DNA of 64,000 nucleotides from an uncultured bacterium. GTDB lineage: Bacteria; Oederibacteriota; JAAXVQ01; JAUVAV01. Position 1 is the stretch's first letter. Each line of letters starts with the position of its first letter. The DNA lies in the NCBI GenBank assembly GCA_963710755.1, contig CAVQBK010000013.1, positions 288,001 to 352,000 on the forward strand. The letters are read 5' to 3'. The translations under genes and the position numbers were made by a program. The notes beneath the pieces were generated by a model. That model had not been told where the DNA came from and ran no database searches. It saw only the letters and a program-made list of their open reading frames with translations. Shown here in pieces: positions 18,159 through 28,562 of the stretch.

Positions 18159-21100
18159 CGTATCACCACCACCTTCTTGATTTCCTGGTAACTGCCGATC
18201 TTGTACACGGCCAGGTAGACGCCGCTACCCACCGCGCTGCCCCGTTGATCAGGCGTACCATTGTCTCCATACCACATGGCTTGATGAGCACCCACGCCCG
18301 GCCGGCCATCAACCACTACAGCCACCAGTTCTCCGGCCAGATTATAAAGGTTAATGGAAACCGCTTCATCTTTGGCCACATAATAATCAAAAGTAGTGTA
18401 ACCCCGCTGAGATAGTTTCAGAGGGTTGGGATAATTTTGATGCATAGAATTGAAGGGCTTCAGGATCGTCCACTGGGCGGTCCCGGATTGGGCGCCATTA
18501 GCAGCCATGGCACCGGTTTCCGCATCGCCCGATATGGTGCCGTCCACCGTCACCGCGCCTACAGGTGCTTGCGTGCCTATGTCCACATAAAAATCCAAAG
18601 TGAAGCTGCTCTGGGGACCAACCACGGTCGGATTGTCAGGCGCCGGGATCACCGTAAACCCGGTTTGGCTGTGATTGAAGGTCAAATTGGCGGCCGTAAT
18701 GGTGACGGACATGAGGCTGGTGTTGCGCGCTTCCATAGTCACGGGAATAGCTTTTTGCCCTTGGTACACTTGATTGGCACTACTGAGTACGCGGTCCAGA
18801 TTAATGGCACCTTGGATAACATTAATTACATTGGAGTCAACACTGGAGCTGGTCACCGTATTGCCCGAATTGAGGTCAAGTGCTTGGGCATTGCCGGTGA
18901 AGGTTAAAGTGCCCACCTCCGAGCCCACGGTGACGAGCCAGGTAAAGTCCTGACTGGCACCGCCCAAGATAGTGGCCGAGCCAGGCGAAGTACTGCCCAC
19001 GGCTTCCACGGTAGCGCTATCCGAGCCGGTCCAAGCAAGGCTTAGGGGCTTGCCCAGCAGAGCAGTGGCTTGGCCGGTGTTGGTCACGGTCATGGTCAGC
19101 GTAAAGTCACGCAGCCGCTCTGCATTTTGCGGGCCATGAATAACGCAGGCAAGGTTAGCTGGTGATTGCACGGTTACCACTGTGGCTGCGGCGTTGGAGG
19201 TCACCCCGGCGGCATCAAAAGGATCTGTGGTATAGGCCTGGCCGGTTATGGTCACGTACCCCGGCGAACCGGCGGTATAGGACCAGAAGAACGATTTAGT
19301 GTCGCCGCGCTCCAGGAATTGCGCGGTGGGCGTGGGTCCGGCATAATAGGTGGCTCCGCCGATTATGCCCAGTGTACTGGGGGTCACGGTGAGGCCCTGG
19401 GGCACATCGCTGCTACTGTCGTTGGTCACGGTCATGGTCACGTCAATCATCTGGCCCGTGCTGACAGTGGCCGGCTGGGCCCCCAACGTCGTTGTCAACA
19501 CCGGTGGTTCGGGATCACGGATGAGGATGGGGTTGGAATCGGTGGCCGTGGTGGTCAGATTATTGGTACTGAACGAATCAATGGCCATGGCCTGGCCGGT
19601 AAAGGTCACCCCACCCGGCGCCGCGGCAAGATAGGTCCAGGTAAACGCTTCCTGACTTCCCCCGGGGATGGACGCATAAGACGCCGGCGTCGGACCGCTT
19701 AGGTAAGCAGCATTACCTGCAACCGCCAACGCGGTTGGGGATACAGATAAGGCATCCGGGCCGCCAACATTATAAACTGTCATGGTGACGGTCATCTCTT
19801 GATTGGTCAGCACCGGATCGGGCGAGGCTGCCAAGGTTGAACTAATTTCGGAGAAAGGCACAGAGATGGTGATAATGCCCTCCGGATCGGCGCTGGTGTT
19901 GGATTCAGCCAACCTGATCTGATCGCCTTCGCCTTCTGAACCAGTCGTTACCGTCACATAGGCAGGGTAACTCCCAGTTTGCTGAACAGTAGGTGTTTGG
20001 AGGGTAATGGTTCGTCCGTTGGTCGAAAAATCAAAAGCTGAAAAAGTGGCATTGGAGTTGAGGGCCATCACATTTTCCGGCACATTGACAAAGGCAGCCC
20101 TTGCAGTCCGGCTGGCGATCCCGTAAGAACAGACCATTCTGGTAGAGGTAGTAATATTTTGGGCGGGCGTAGCTTTAACGGTAATGGTGTTGGCAACGCC
20201 TTCGGCTGAAACATAAATGACATTGCCCAAACTACCGTTGGACTGGGTTGAGACTGCAAGCCCCTCATCATCTGTCGCCGTGTCAGTAAGGGACATGGCC
20301 GTGCTTACAGGTGCTTGAAAATGGACATTAACCCCGGGAACACCATTGCCGTTTTCATCGGTGATCATGGCAAATACCGTGGGATTAATGCCACCGGTGG
20401 CAAAAGCCCTTAAATTGACTGTAGGATCAACCGGCAAGGTCACCATGGCATCATCGGTGGCCACGTTACCCAAGACTTGAATGTTTATTTTGTCTCCCCC
20501 CCCATTTGTGCCAGGTGCAATATAAGCATAGGTCGGCAGGTCAGCCACATCGGTTTTGGCGCCCGACACAGCCAGGATGCGGTTGTTACCCGCCGTCTCG
20601 TCAATGGCTAGGTAATTAACCGTGGGGATAGTACTGACCAGAAGGTTATAACAGGGATAACGTATCACAGCGGTATTAATTTTATGGTTGGCGGCTGCAT
20701 ACCAACTCAAGACTTTCGAATTTTGCAATACCCCGCCAACCCCGGCGTTGGTCAGTATTTGAACATCCGGGTAGCCGGCGGCACTGACAGTGATCACATC
20801 CTGGCTGGCCCCACCGCTTTCTGTGGAAGAAACCGTGCCATCAAAACTGGTTATCCAGGAAGGACCTCCGCTCATGGTGGAAAAGGCATTATTCGAACTA
20901 AATGAAATGGGTATGCCTTCCATGCCAACACCATCATCAGTGACCACCAAAGCTGTCACCACCGGATTAACAGCGGAAGTGGCAAAGGCCTGTAAAAAGC
21001 TGCTCTTGATTTCATTAATAGTAATAAACGCATCCGTCCCAGGTGTGCTGTACCCCATGTTGACAATAACCTGATCCCCAATGCCTGCTGTGCCCGGACA

Positions 21101-23425
21101 TATAACCCACTGGGCCAGTGGATTAATGGTTCGACTCATGTTGTGGCCAGCCGGATAAGGCGAGTTGACATCAAAGGCGCGGCCATTGCTGCTATTGTCA
21201 AAGGTAATAGGTGAGGAATAATTGTTATCAGATTCTCTGACCGCCACTTTGGTGTCGTCAGTGACGATCAGCCCCCAAATAGTCTGTCGGGAGGCGTCGT
21301 ACCAGGCAATCGCCTGCTCCAATCCTGTTCCATTGGCATAGTCTGAGGTTATGACCGCCACCGGTGGAAGTCCGGGCGACGATACGGTAATGGTATTACC
21401 AAGAGCGCCACTGGTATGATCCGAGGTCACCATACCGCCATAACCCGTGACCGTACTGACCGTTGACATTGACCCTTGGGCTGCAGTGAAAGTAATGGAT
21501 ACATCTTTGATACCTTTTCCATCTTTATCTGTCACCACGGCATAGACCTTGGGATCAACACCGCCACTGGCAAAGGCAAATAAAAAATAATCTGGATCAG
21601 GATCAACCACGATGATCAAATCATAGTTGGCTGAGGTATTATTTTCATCCAACCGTACAATATCCCCGGCTGAGACCGTGCCCAACCCGAGGTAGGCTGC
21701 TGTTGGCATCTCATCGGTTTGGTCGCTAAAGGAAGAAATGGATATGTCATTATTCCCAGGGGACTTGTCGACCAAATTGCCCCCGCTGTAATCGTCAATG
21801 TAATTGCCGGCAACAGTCATGACATGAGAAACAGAATCCACAAAGACACAAAATACCTTGTGGACTTCAGGATCATACCATCCCAGAGCCTGATCACTGC
21901 TGGTCATGGCCGCGGACACAGAAGTAAAGATGGTTCTGGTTCCCAATCCGGGTGAACTGACGGCGATAGTATTGCCCAAAGCCGACGCGCCGGAAACGGT
22001 AGTCTTGGTCACGCCATTCCAGGAGGTCATTGCCGAAGTCCAAGCCAGAGCTCCCGGACCCTGCATGGCAAAGGAGACCGGCTCCCCTTTTAGAGCATTC
22101 CCTGATTCATCTGTGACCACTGCCCAAACCGTGGGATTTTCACCTCCCGTGGCAAAGGCCAGCAAATATTTTTCTTCCTGGTCGGGAAAGACCAAAGTGG
22201 CGAGATAATTGCCACTGCGATAAATGGCGTTGCTGTCATTATTGTAAAATCTCAGCACATCATCCTTTTGAGTGGTGCCGTAGGCCATAAACCCTTCAGC
22301 AGGTTTAATACTGGTCTGGGGTTTGAATGCTGAGAAAGCAGGTGAGATGTTATCACTGCCGCCGGCATTGACCGCAGAAGCCGGAAAACTTGACGTCCCT
22401 GTGACTAGGACATTATTACTTCTGGTGACCGTTGCGCAATAGACCTTTCTATCCTTGGTCCCGTACCAGCTGAATAATCGATCGGTAGTCTGTCTGGCCT
22501 GACTGACTGCGGTGGTGATAATCATTGGTGATGTTTCCGTCTGGGTGGGGCAGGTAATGGTAATGGTATCACCCAGGCTACCGCCTTGCTGATAAAAATA
22601 AGCCATGCCGCTTTCATCGGTCAAGACAGTTGCAGGAAGCATGGTGCCGGCCGACGCATTGGCGGTCACCGTCACACCTGCCAGGCCCATGCCATCATAA
22701 TTGGTGACCACCGCGCAGACGGTGGGACTGGCGCCATCCACGGCATAGGCGTTTAAAAAAGTTCCAGGCTGATTGGCTGAAAAAGTTATAGTACCGTCGG
22801 GATTCCCCGACACCCCGGTTTCATCGATATTAATGTAATCACCGGAAGAATAACTCCCCTGAAACACTTCCATTTGTGCCGGCGTGGTGACGGTTTGTTG
22901 GATGTTGTTCCAGTAATGCACCGTAAGATCGCGGTAATTGGAACTGGTCTGGTCACTGCGCGAAAAATTAAAATTGGAGGTGGAGGTCAAAACCCCTTTG
23001 CCGCTGGTCACTACCACGGCATTAACCATATGACGCGATTCATCAAACCAGGAATAAACAGTATCAGTGTTAACGCGGACCAGAGCAGCAGCCGAAGTGA
23101 TGGTGAGAGGCGACCCGGTCAAGACCTGGGCGCAAGTGGCTGTTATTTGATCCCCTATATTTCCACCGGTTTGATGAACTGTAAAGGTACCGTCCGCCAA
23201 AGTCGTCCCCGAGGTTGAATCCAAGATTCCGGCGGAAGAGGTTATATTAATGGGCGTACCCTGAACACCATTGCCATATTGATCGGTCACTACAAAAACA
23301 ACGGTGGGATTGGCACCTGCAGTGGCATAACCTGCAAGTTGATAAGGTGAACCGGATGCCCAAGCCACTGTTTGCATGGCCAGCGCGATCACCAGGGTTA
23401 TCACCTTTATTTTTAGATGCTTCAT
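18155..23425 (-). CDS. Giant secreted Ig-like repeat protein (~1756 aa) with T9SS-like/FlgD-Ig C-terminal domain
   Basis: GGGAGG RBS before MKHLK; signal peptide ending AWA; six ~195-aa repeats; several TMTVTN Ig-like repeats; C-terminus NYPNP..INLYNLAGELV..WYGDN..VGSGVYL..KKVVVIR. Confidence 0.88.
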   Translation of the reverse strand: MKHLKIKVITLVIALAMQTVAWASGSPYQLAGYATAGANPTVVFVVTDQYGNGVQGTPINITSSAGILDSTSGTTLADGTFTVHQTGGNIGDQITATCAQVLTGSPLTITSAAALVRVNTDTVYSWFDESRHMVNAVVVTSGKGVLTSTSNFNFSRSDQTSSNYRDLTVHYWNNIQQTVTTPAQMEVFQGSYSSGDYINIDETGVSGNPDGTITFSANQPGTFLNAYAVDGASPTVCAVVTNYDGMGLAGVTVTANASAGTMLPATVLTDESGMAYFYQQGGSLGDTITITCPTQTETSPMIITTAVSQARQTTDRLFSWYGTKDRKVYCATVTRSNNVLVTGTSSFPASAVNAGGSDNISPAFSAFKPQTSIKPAEGFMAYGTTQKDDVLRFYNNDSNAIYRSGNYLATLVFPDQEEKYLLAFATGGENPTVWAVVTDESGNALKGEPVSFAMQGPGALAWTSAMTSWNGVTKTTVSGASALGNTIAVSSPGLGTRTIFTSVSAAMTSSDQALGWYDPEVHKVFCVFVDSVSHVMTVAGNYIDDYSGGNLVDKSPGNNDISISSFSDQTDEMPTAAYLGLGTVSAGDIVRLDENNTSANYDLIIVVDPDPDYFLFAFASGGVDPKVYAVVTDKDGKGIKDVSITFTAAQGSMSTVSTVTGYGGMVTSDHTSGALGNTITVSSPGLPPVAVITSDYANGTGLEQAIAWYDASRQTIWGLIVTDDTKVAVRESDNNYSSPITFDNSSNGRAFDVNSPYPAGHNMSRTINPLAQWVICPGTAGIGDQVIVNMGYSTPGTDAFITINEIKSSFLQAFATSAVNPVVTALVVTDDGVGMEGIPISFSSNNAFSTMSGGPSWITSFDGTVSSTESGGASQDVITVSAAGYPDVQILTNAGVGGVLQNSKVLSWYAAANHKINTAVIRYPCYNLLVSTIPTVNYLAIDETAGNNRILAVSGAKTDVADLPTYAYIAPGTNGGGDKINIQVLGNVATDDAMVTLPVDPTVNLRAFATGGINPTVFAMITDENGNGVPGVNVHFQAPVSTAMSLTDTATDDEGLAVSTQSNGSLGNVIYVSAEGVANTITVKATPAQNITTSTRMVCSYGIASRTARAAFVNVPENVMALNSNATFSAFDFSTNGRTITLQTPTVQQTGSYPAYVTVTTGSEGEGDQIRLAESNTSADPEGIITISVPFSEISSTLAASPDPVLTNQEMTVTMTVYNVGGPDALSVSPTALAVAGNAAYLSGPTPASYASIPGGSQEAFTWTYLAAAPGGVTFTGQAMAIDSFSTNNLTTTATDSNPILIRDPEPPVLTTTLGAQPATVSTGQMIDVTMTVTNDSSSDVPQGLTVTPSTLGIIGGATYYAGPTPTAQFLERGDTKSFFWSYTAGSPGYVTITGQAYTTDPFDAAGVTSNAAATVVTVQSPANLACVIHGPQNAERLRDFTLTMTVTNTGQATALLGKPLSLAWTGSDSATVEAVGSTSPGSATILGGASQDFTWLVTVGSEVGTLTFTGNAQALDLNSGNTVTSSSVDSNVINVIQGAINLDRVLSSANQVYQGQKAIPVTMEARNTSLMSVTITAANLTFNHSQTGFTVIPAPDNPTVVGPQSSFTLDFYVDIGTQAPVGAVTVDGTISGDAETGAMAANGAQSGTAQWTILKPFNSMHQNYPNPLKLSQRGYTTFDYYVAKDEAVSINLYNLAGELVAVVVDGRPGVGAHQAMWYGDNGTPDQRGSAVGSGVYLAVYKIGSYQEIKKVVVIR

Positions 23426-23750
23426 CTTAATCCTCCCGCATTGAAATTTCACACTTAAATTCATTTGGATTCAGTGGTTAAAAGCAAAGTATATACAACG
23501 TAGAATAAACAGCCGTGGAATCTAACTCCAGCTTACCCATCCTGGGATAGTAACGACACTTTCCAAAAATCATTAATAATTTAAACTTAACTAAATGAGG
23601 AAGTGGGGTGGGGGTAATACAGATAGACCATAGAAACTTTATGGTTTTCCATTGGAGGAGCTATTTATTCACTCCCCAGAACAGGAGGACATAGCCTGAT
23701 CAAGTCCGGTTTCGGACCTCCGTTTTTTCTCAGGCACTATCAAGAGCAAT

Positions 23751-23781
23751 AAAAAAGGCGGCTGATTACTCAGCCGCCTTT
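23751..23781 (-). terminator. Rho-independent terminator of the por operon
   Basis: AAAGGCGGCTGA-GTAA-TCAGCCGCCTTTTTT. Confidence 0.88.
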
Positions 23782-23798
23782 GAGGTCATGAGGATAAA

Positions 23799-24734
23799 TT
23801 AGGCGCCTTTGCCGCATTTCAGCAGCAGACGATGCCACCGGCGATCCACTTCGTCCTGAATCTCTTTAACCAAGCCTTCATTTTCCGGTTTCAAGAGATG
23901 GCGAAAACGGGTCTGGGTTTTGTAATACTCGGTCACTGGCTTTTTGTCTTTTACTTCCCGGGACAATTTCCATTCCCCGTCAATGACTTCATAAAGAGGC
24001 CAGAAGCAGGTGTCCACCGCCAAACGGGCAATTTCCATGGTCTTGGCGGGATCGGATCCCCAGCCCAGGCGGCAGGGGGTGTAGACATTCATGAATTTGG
24101 GTCCTTCAATGCTGAAGGCTTTGTCTGCCTTGCGCATCAAATCCATGTGATAACCCACCGAGGCCTGAGCAGCATAGGCCACATCATGAGCGGCAATGAT
24201 TCCCGTAAGATCTTTGGGAAACTGAACTTTCCCGGGAATAACTTTACCGGCCGGAGAGGTGGTGGTATGGCCGCCACGGGGCGTGGCGGAAGATCGCTGC
24301 ACCCCAGTGTTCATGTAGGCTTCGTTGTTGTAGCATACATAAAGCATGTTGTGGCGCCGTTCCATGGCGCCTGACAAGGATTGAAACCCGATGTCATAGG
24401 TGCCGCCGTCCCCACCGAGGGCCACGAATTTCAGATCCGTATCCACCGGCAGCCGGCCTTGTTTTTTCAAGGATTTATAGGCGGTTTCCATACCGGAAAC
24501 CGTGGCCGCCGAATTTTCAAAGGCATTGTGCATAAAATTACCACGCCAGGCGGTATAGGGATTGATGGTGGTGGCAATTTCCATGCAGCCCGTGGCGCAT
24601 CCGGTGATCACCGGCGATGGTGACTGGCCGTAGATCATGCGAATGATCTGAGGAAAACCACAGCCGGCACAGGCGCGATGGCCGCCGGCCAATCCAACAT
24701 TTTCTTTGGTTGCAAGCTGTTTTAAATTCAGCAT
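23799..24734 (-). CDS. porB: Pyruvate:ferredoxin oxidoreductase beta subunit
   Basis: GHRACAGCG, ATGCME, GGDGGTYDIG (TPP binding), NNEAYMNTGVQRS. Confidence 0.95.
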   Translation of the reverse strand: MLNLKQLATKENVGLAGGHRACAGCGFPQIIRMIYGQSPSPVITGCATGCMEIATTINPYTAWRGNFMHNAFENSAATVSGMETAYKSLKKQGRLPVDTDLKFVALGGDGGTYDIGFQSLSGAMERRHNMLYVCYNNEAYMNTGVQRSSATPRGGHTTTSPAGKVIPGKVQFPKDLTGIIAAHDVAYAAQASVGYHMDLMRKADKAFSIEGPKFMNVYTPCRLGWGSDPAKTMEIARLAVDTCFWPLYEVIDGEWKLSREVKDKKPVTEYYKTQTRFRHLLKPENEGLVKEIQDEVDRRWHRLLLKCGKGA

Positions 24735-24842
24735 TTTCTTTTCTCCTTTAAGCTTGTGGGCAGCTAACCCTGGTGGTGACCTCGGCAGGGGCCAATGCTC
24801 TGAAACCGGATCGGGCTTGCTGCCTGCGACTATAAATTGTGA

Positions 24843-26027
24843 TTATTCGCGAACACCCCAGTACACCACGCGTTCTTCCGTGGTGGCAGGCGCGGGAGCC
24901 TTCAGGGTTTTCTCCATGATTTGTTCCAACTCGGTAAAGTGAATCTCGCGGCCACCCAACCCATAAACATAGTTGATGACCTTGGCCTTCAGGCCGGCAT
25001 CATACAAGCCTGCCTTTAATTCAGCGGCCAAGGGACCACCTTGGGTGTTGATGATATCGGAGCGGTCCATGATAGCGATGTTGGGTACATGCTTCAAGGC
25101 GGCAGCCAATTCTTCGGCCGGGAATGGTCTGAAAACCCGCACTTTCAACAAGCCGGCCTTGATCCCCCGGTCGCGCAGGTTATCCACAGCTACCCGGGCC
25201 GTGCCGGCGGTGGAACCCAAAGCTACGATGGCCACGTCCGCATCTTCCAGCCGATAGTCTTCATAGAATCCGTATTCTTTTCCAAAGACCTTGCTGAATT
25301 CTTTGCCAATCTCAAGGATGACTTTTTTGGCATTAATCATACCTTGGGCTGCAGCCCGGCGGTGTTCAAAGTAAAAATCCTGCAAATCGGCTGATCCCAC
25401 GGTAATGGGGTCATTGGGATTGAGCAGGGTAAAGGCCGGTTTGTAGTCGCCGATAAACTTCTGCACTTCATCATCAGGGTAGGTCAGGATGTTTTCCATG
25501 CCGTGGCTGATAATAAACCCGTCCGTGCTGGTCCAGGCCGGCAGCATCACGTCCGGGTGTTCGGCAATCCGCACACATTGAATCAAATTATCATAAGCTT
25601 CCTGGGCGTTTTCGGAAAAAATCTGAATCCAGCCGGTATCGCGGGCGCCCATGGTATCGCTGTGATCGCAATGAATATTAATGGGGCCGGACAAGGCCCG
25701 GTTGACTTCCGCCATTACGATTGGCAAACGATAACCAGCCGCAATATAAAGGATTTCATACATCAAGGCCAACCCCTGTGACGAGGTGGCGGTCATGGTG
25801 CGCGCTCCAGCGGCAGCTGATCCCATGCAGGCGGACATGGCCGAATGTTCCGATTCCACCGTAATTAATTCTGTTTTGACGATGCCGTCATTTACAAACC
25901 CGGCAAAGATCTGCATGATTTCTGTGGCCGGGGTAATGGGATAGGCGGCACATACATCCGGATTGATTTGGCGCATGGCTTCAGCCATGGCTTCATTCCC
26001 GGTTTTGGCTTGCATTATCTTCTCCAT
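24843..26027 (-). CDS. porA: Pyruvate:ferredoxin oxidoreductase alpha subunit
   Basis: AAYPITP, VESEHSA, TATSSQG, NRALSGP, YGLGGR. Confidence 0.95.
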   Translation of the reverse strand: MEKIMQAKTGNEAMAEAMRQINPDVCAAYPITPATEIMQIFAGFVNDGIVKTELITVESEHSAMSACMGSAAAGARTMTATSSQGLALMYEILYIAAGYRLPIVMAEVNRALSGPINIHCDHSDTMGARDTGWIQIFSENAQEAYDNLIQCVRIAEHPDVMLPAWTSTDGFIISHGMENILTYPDDEVQKFIGDYKPAFTLLNPNDPITVGSADLQDFYFEHRRAAAQGMINAKKVILEIGKEFSKVFGKEYGFYEDYRLEDADVAIVALGSTAGTARVAVDNLRDRGIKAGLLKVRVFRPFPAEELAAALKHVPNIAIMDRSDIINTQGGPLAAELKAGLYDAGLKAKVINYVYGLGGREIHFTELEQIMEKTLKAPAPATTEERVVYWGVRE

Positions 26028-26046
26028 TGACTCTACTTCCCCTTTC

Positions 26047-26358
26047 TCATTGGCAGGTGGTTACTTTTGCCTTGGATACCATGGTAATGGATTTAGGCTT
26101 GGTCGGGCATTCATGGGCGCAAATACCACACCCTTTGCAATAGTCCAGGCTGACCCCTTCGATTTTACCATCTTTGGTTTGCCAGCAATCATCGGGACAA
26201 GTGATCCAACAGGCCATGCAATGGATACACGTTTCCGGATTCCATACCGGCACGTCGGTCGCCCAGGCGCCGGTCTTAAATTCTTGTGAACTCGCGGCTT
26301 TCAGAATATTGCCGTGAGGAAAATCTTTCCATCCCGGTTTTTTTACTTCAGCACTCAC
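26047..26358 (-). CDS. porD: Pyruvate:ferredoxin oxidoreductase delta subunit (2x[4Fe-4S])
   Basis: CIHCMACWITCP and YCKGCGICAHECP. Confidence 0.94.
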   Translation of the reverse strand: MSAEVKKPGWKDFPHGNILKAASSQEFKTGAWATDVPVWNPETCIHCMACWITCPDDCWQTKDGKIEGVSLDYCKGCGICAHECPTKPKSITMVSKAKVTTCQ

Positions 26359-26936
26359 TGAACCTTTACCTCCTCATAAGCCCGGCGGATCGCGGTCATG
26401 TTGCCTTCCACGACTTCCGGACGGTTTTTAAATTTTTTCTCCATTTTTTTCTGGGTATCTTCCAGCAGTTGTTCAAAATCCATCAACTTGGTGACTTTCA
26501 CCAAGGCCCCCATCATGCAGGTGTTGGGTACATTGCGTTTGATGGATTCCATGGCGATATTGGAGGCATCAACAGTAAATATATTTTTGCCTTTCCAGCT
26601 CATGCAGGATCGCACTTCCTCCGGCGTTTCTTCCGTATTAACCAGCAAAATGCCGTGCTCTTCATCCAGCCCGGCTGTGACATCCACATCCTTCATCAAA
26701 GAAGGATCGAGCACCACCACCACTTTGGGGTTGGTCACCGAACAATGCAGGTAGATTGGTTCTTCGCTGATGCGATTGAAGGATTGGACCGGTGCCCCCA
26801 TGCGTTCGGGACCGTATTCAGGGAATGCTTGCACATACTTACCGGCGTGAACAACCGCTTCCCCTAAAAGCAAAGCTGCCGTCTTGGCGCCTTGACCTCC
26901 GCGGCCGTGCCAGCGGATTTCGATCATGTTTTTCAT
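26355..26936 (-). CDS. porC: Pyruvate:ferredoxin oxidoreductase gamma subunit
   Basis: EIRWHGRGGQGAKTA, FPEYGPERMGAPV, PNTCMMGAL. Confidence 0.95.
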   Translation of the reverse strand: MKNMIEIRWHGRGGQGAKTAALLLGEAVVHAGKYVQAFPEYGPERMGAPVQSFNRISEEPIYLHCSVTNPKVVVVLDPSLMKDVDVTAGLDEEHGILLVNTEETPEEVRSCMSWKGKNIFTVDASNIAMESIKRNVPNTCMMGALVKVTKLMDFEQLLEDTQKKMEKKFKNRPEVVEGNMTAIRRAYEEVKVQ

Positions 26937-27203
26937 TAGTTAACGTCCTCCTTGTGAGACGATTTTTTATCGGCCGCCCATCCTTCTGGTGGAGCAGTGG
27001 GCAGTGGTCACTCGCGGTTGCAAGGACTAACCTTGGCCGGGATAATCCAGGTAAAAAAACACATCACCTGAGTCGGGCTGCTGGTCTCATGGGGCGAGGA
27101 TGGTTGAGCATTGGTTTTCTGAAGCCATTCTGTAAGATCAGCTGGAAATGAAGTAACAACAGCAGCCGTCACACGATTTTACGGCACTGTTTTTACGGAA
27201 GGA

Positions 27204-27231
27204 ATTATACGCAATTCTTTTAAAAAGACAA
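27204..27231 (-). promoter_or_regulatory. Sigma70-type promoter candidate for the por operon
   Basis: TTGTCT-16 bp-TATAAT on the minus strand. Confidence 0.55.
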
Positions 27232-27254
27232 GGGCCAATTATTTTTTTTTAAGG

Positions 27255-28562
27255 TTAAATTTTAAATTTCCTAGTGATGGTTTGCAGCCGGTCCATGGCT
27301 TCATGCAGGGCCTGACCTGCCTCCAACACTTGATTCATGGATTTTGCTTGCTGTTCGGCCGCATGCTTGGCCGACTGAAAATTGGCAATATTTTCATTTA
27401 CAATGTCCGTGGCCTCGTGCACGCTTTTAAATACTTTTTGGTGAATATTTTTCACTAACGTTATTTCCTGGGCCACCTCGCCTAGCAGTTTCCCCTGTAT
27501 CACAATATCCTCATTCAGTTCCTTGAAAACATTCTGCACTTCCTGCGCCACTTGATGTCCTTTTTCCACATCACCCGAATGGATACTGATCTGTTGCACC
27601 AGTTCATTGGTCTTGTTTTTATTGGCCGTCACAATCTGATTGATTTGTTTGGCCGCGCCCGAAGCTTCTTCCGCCAGTTTACGTACCTCGTCCGCCACTA
27701 CGGCGAAACCGCGGCCGTTGTCCCCGGCGCGGGCAGCTTCAATGGCTGCATTCAGGGCCAGCAAGTTGGTTTGCTCGGCAATGCCGGAGATCACCTCCAC
27801 AATTTTCATGATGGCTTCCGATTCTTGATCCAGGCTGGCCACCTCTTCCGTGGCTTTCTTAACCGACATAAGCAGGCCTTCAATTTCATTGACCACATTT
27901 TTCACGGCCTGGTTGCCTTGAGTGGAGAGTGTGTTGATTTCCTTGTTCAAATTTTCAGTGAGGGTATCGATAAAGGAGAAAATATTGCGCAGACGGTCTG
28001 AAAGCTCTTCCACATTTTTATTGACCAACCCGGAAATGGCCTGTTGATGAGTACTGGCCGTGGTGACATGATCCACATTTTGCAGCACCTGGCGGCTGGC
28101 GGCTTCCACAATGGCACTGGCATCCATAATGGAAATCTCCGAATTTTGAATGCCGTCATGAATTTCATGGATGAACCTGATGAAAATTTGGAACTGCTCG
28201 TAGAGCAGACGGATATGATCTTTCACCTGGGCGATTTCACCGCCATCTTGTCCTCGGGAAAGCTGAAAGGAAAAATCACCTTCATTGGCTTTTAGCGATG
28301 CCTGCTGCAATTCTTCCAGAGGCATGAGCAGGTATTTCTTACCCACCCAAAAATTAATCTGCCCCACGACCAAGCCGGCGGCAATGCAGGCCGGAAAGAA
28401 CAACAACCATTTCATGCCCTGCAATCCCATCACAGGTCCCATCACCAGCGGAAACATCACCCCGATCATAAATCCCACGGTCAGCGTCATGGCATGATAA
28501 GGATAACGTTTAAACCAGCTTGGCTGTTGCCGCGGTTTGTCCTTGGAGACTGTAGGGCTCAT
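27255..28562 (-). CDS. Methyl-accepting chemotaxis protein
   Basis: [36 protein letters not shown]; two closely spaced N-terminal TM helices and a HAMP-like segment. Confidence 0.95.
   Translation of the reverse strand: MSPTVSKDKPRQQPSWFKRYPYHAMTLTVGFMIGVMFPLVMGPVMGLQGMKWLLFFPACIAAGLVVGQINFWVGKKYLLMPLEELQQASLKANEGDFSFQLSRGQDGGEIAQVKDHIRLLYEQFQIFIRFIHEIHDGIQNSEISIMDASAIVEAASRQVLQNVDHVTTASTHQQAISGLVNKNVEELSDRLRNIFSFIDTLTENLNKEINTLSTQGNQAVKNVVNEIEGLLMSVKKATEEVASLDQESEAIMKIVEVISGIAEQTNLLALNAAIEAARAGDNGRGFAVVADEVRKLAEEASGAAKQINQIVTANKNKTNELVQQISIHSGDVEKGHQVAQEVQNVFKELNEDIVIQGKLLGEVAQEITLVKNIHQKVFKSVHEATDIVNENIANFQSAKHAAEQQAKSMNQVLEAGQALHEAMDRLQTITRKFKI

Noticed and set aside
23627-23645. ACCATA-N7-TATGGT resembling the palindrome at 12727-12750
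   Set aside because: Spacer differs (7 vs 4) and the arms are short; likely chance.
26937-27200. TPP riboswitch ahead of the TPP-dependent PFOR
   Set aside because: The GCTGAGA and CCTGA..TAAT..GCGTAGG elements are absent in the required order.
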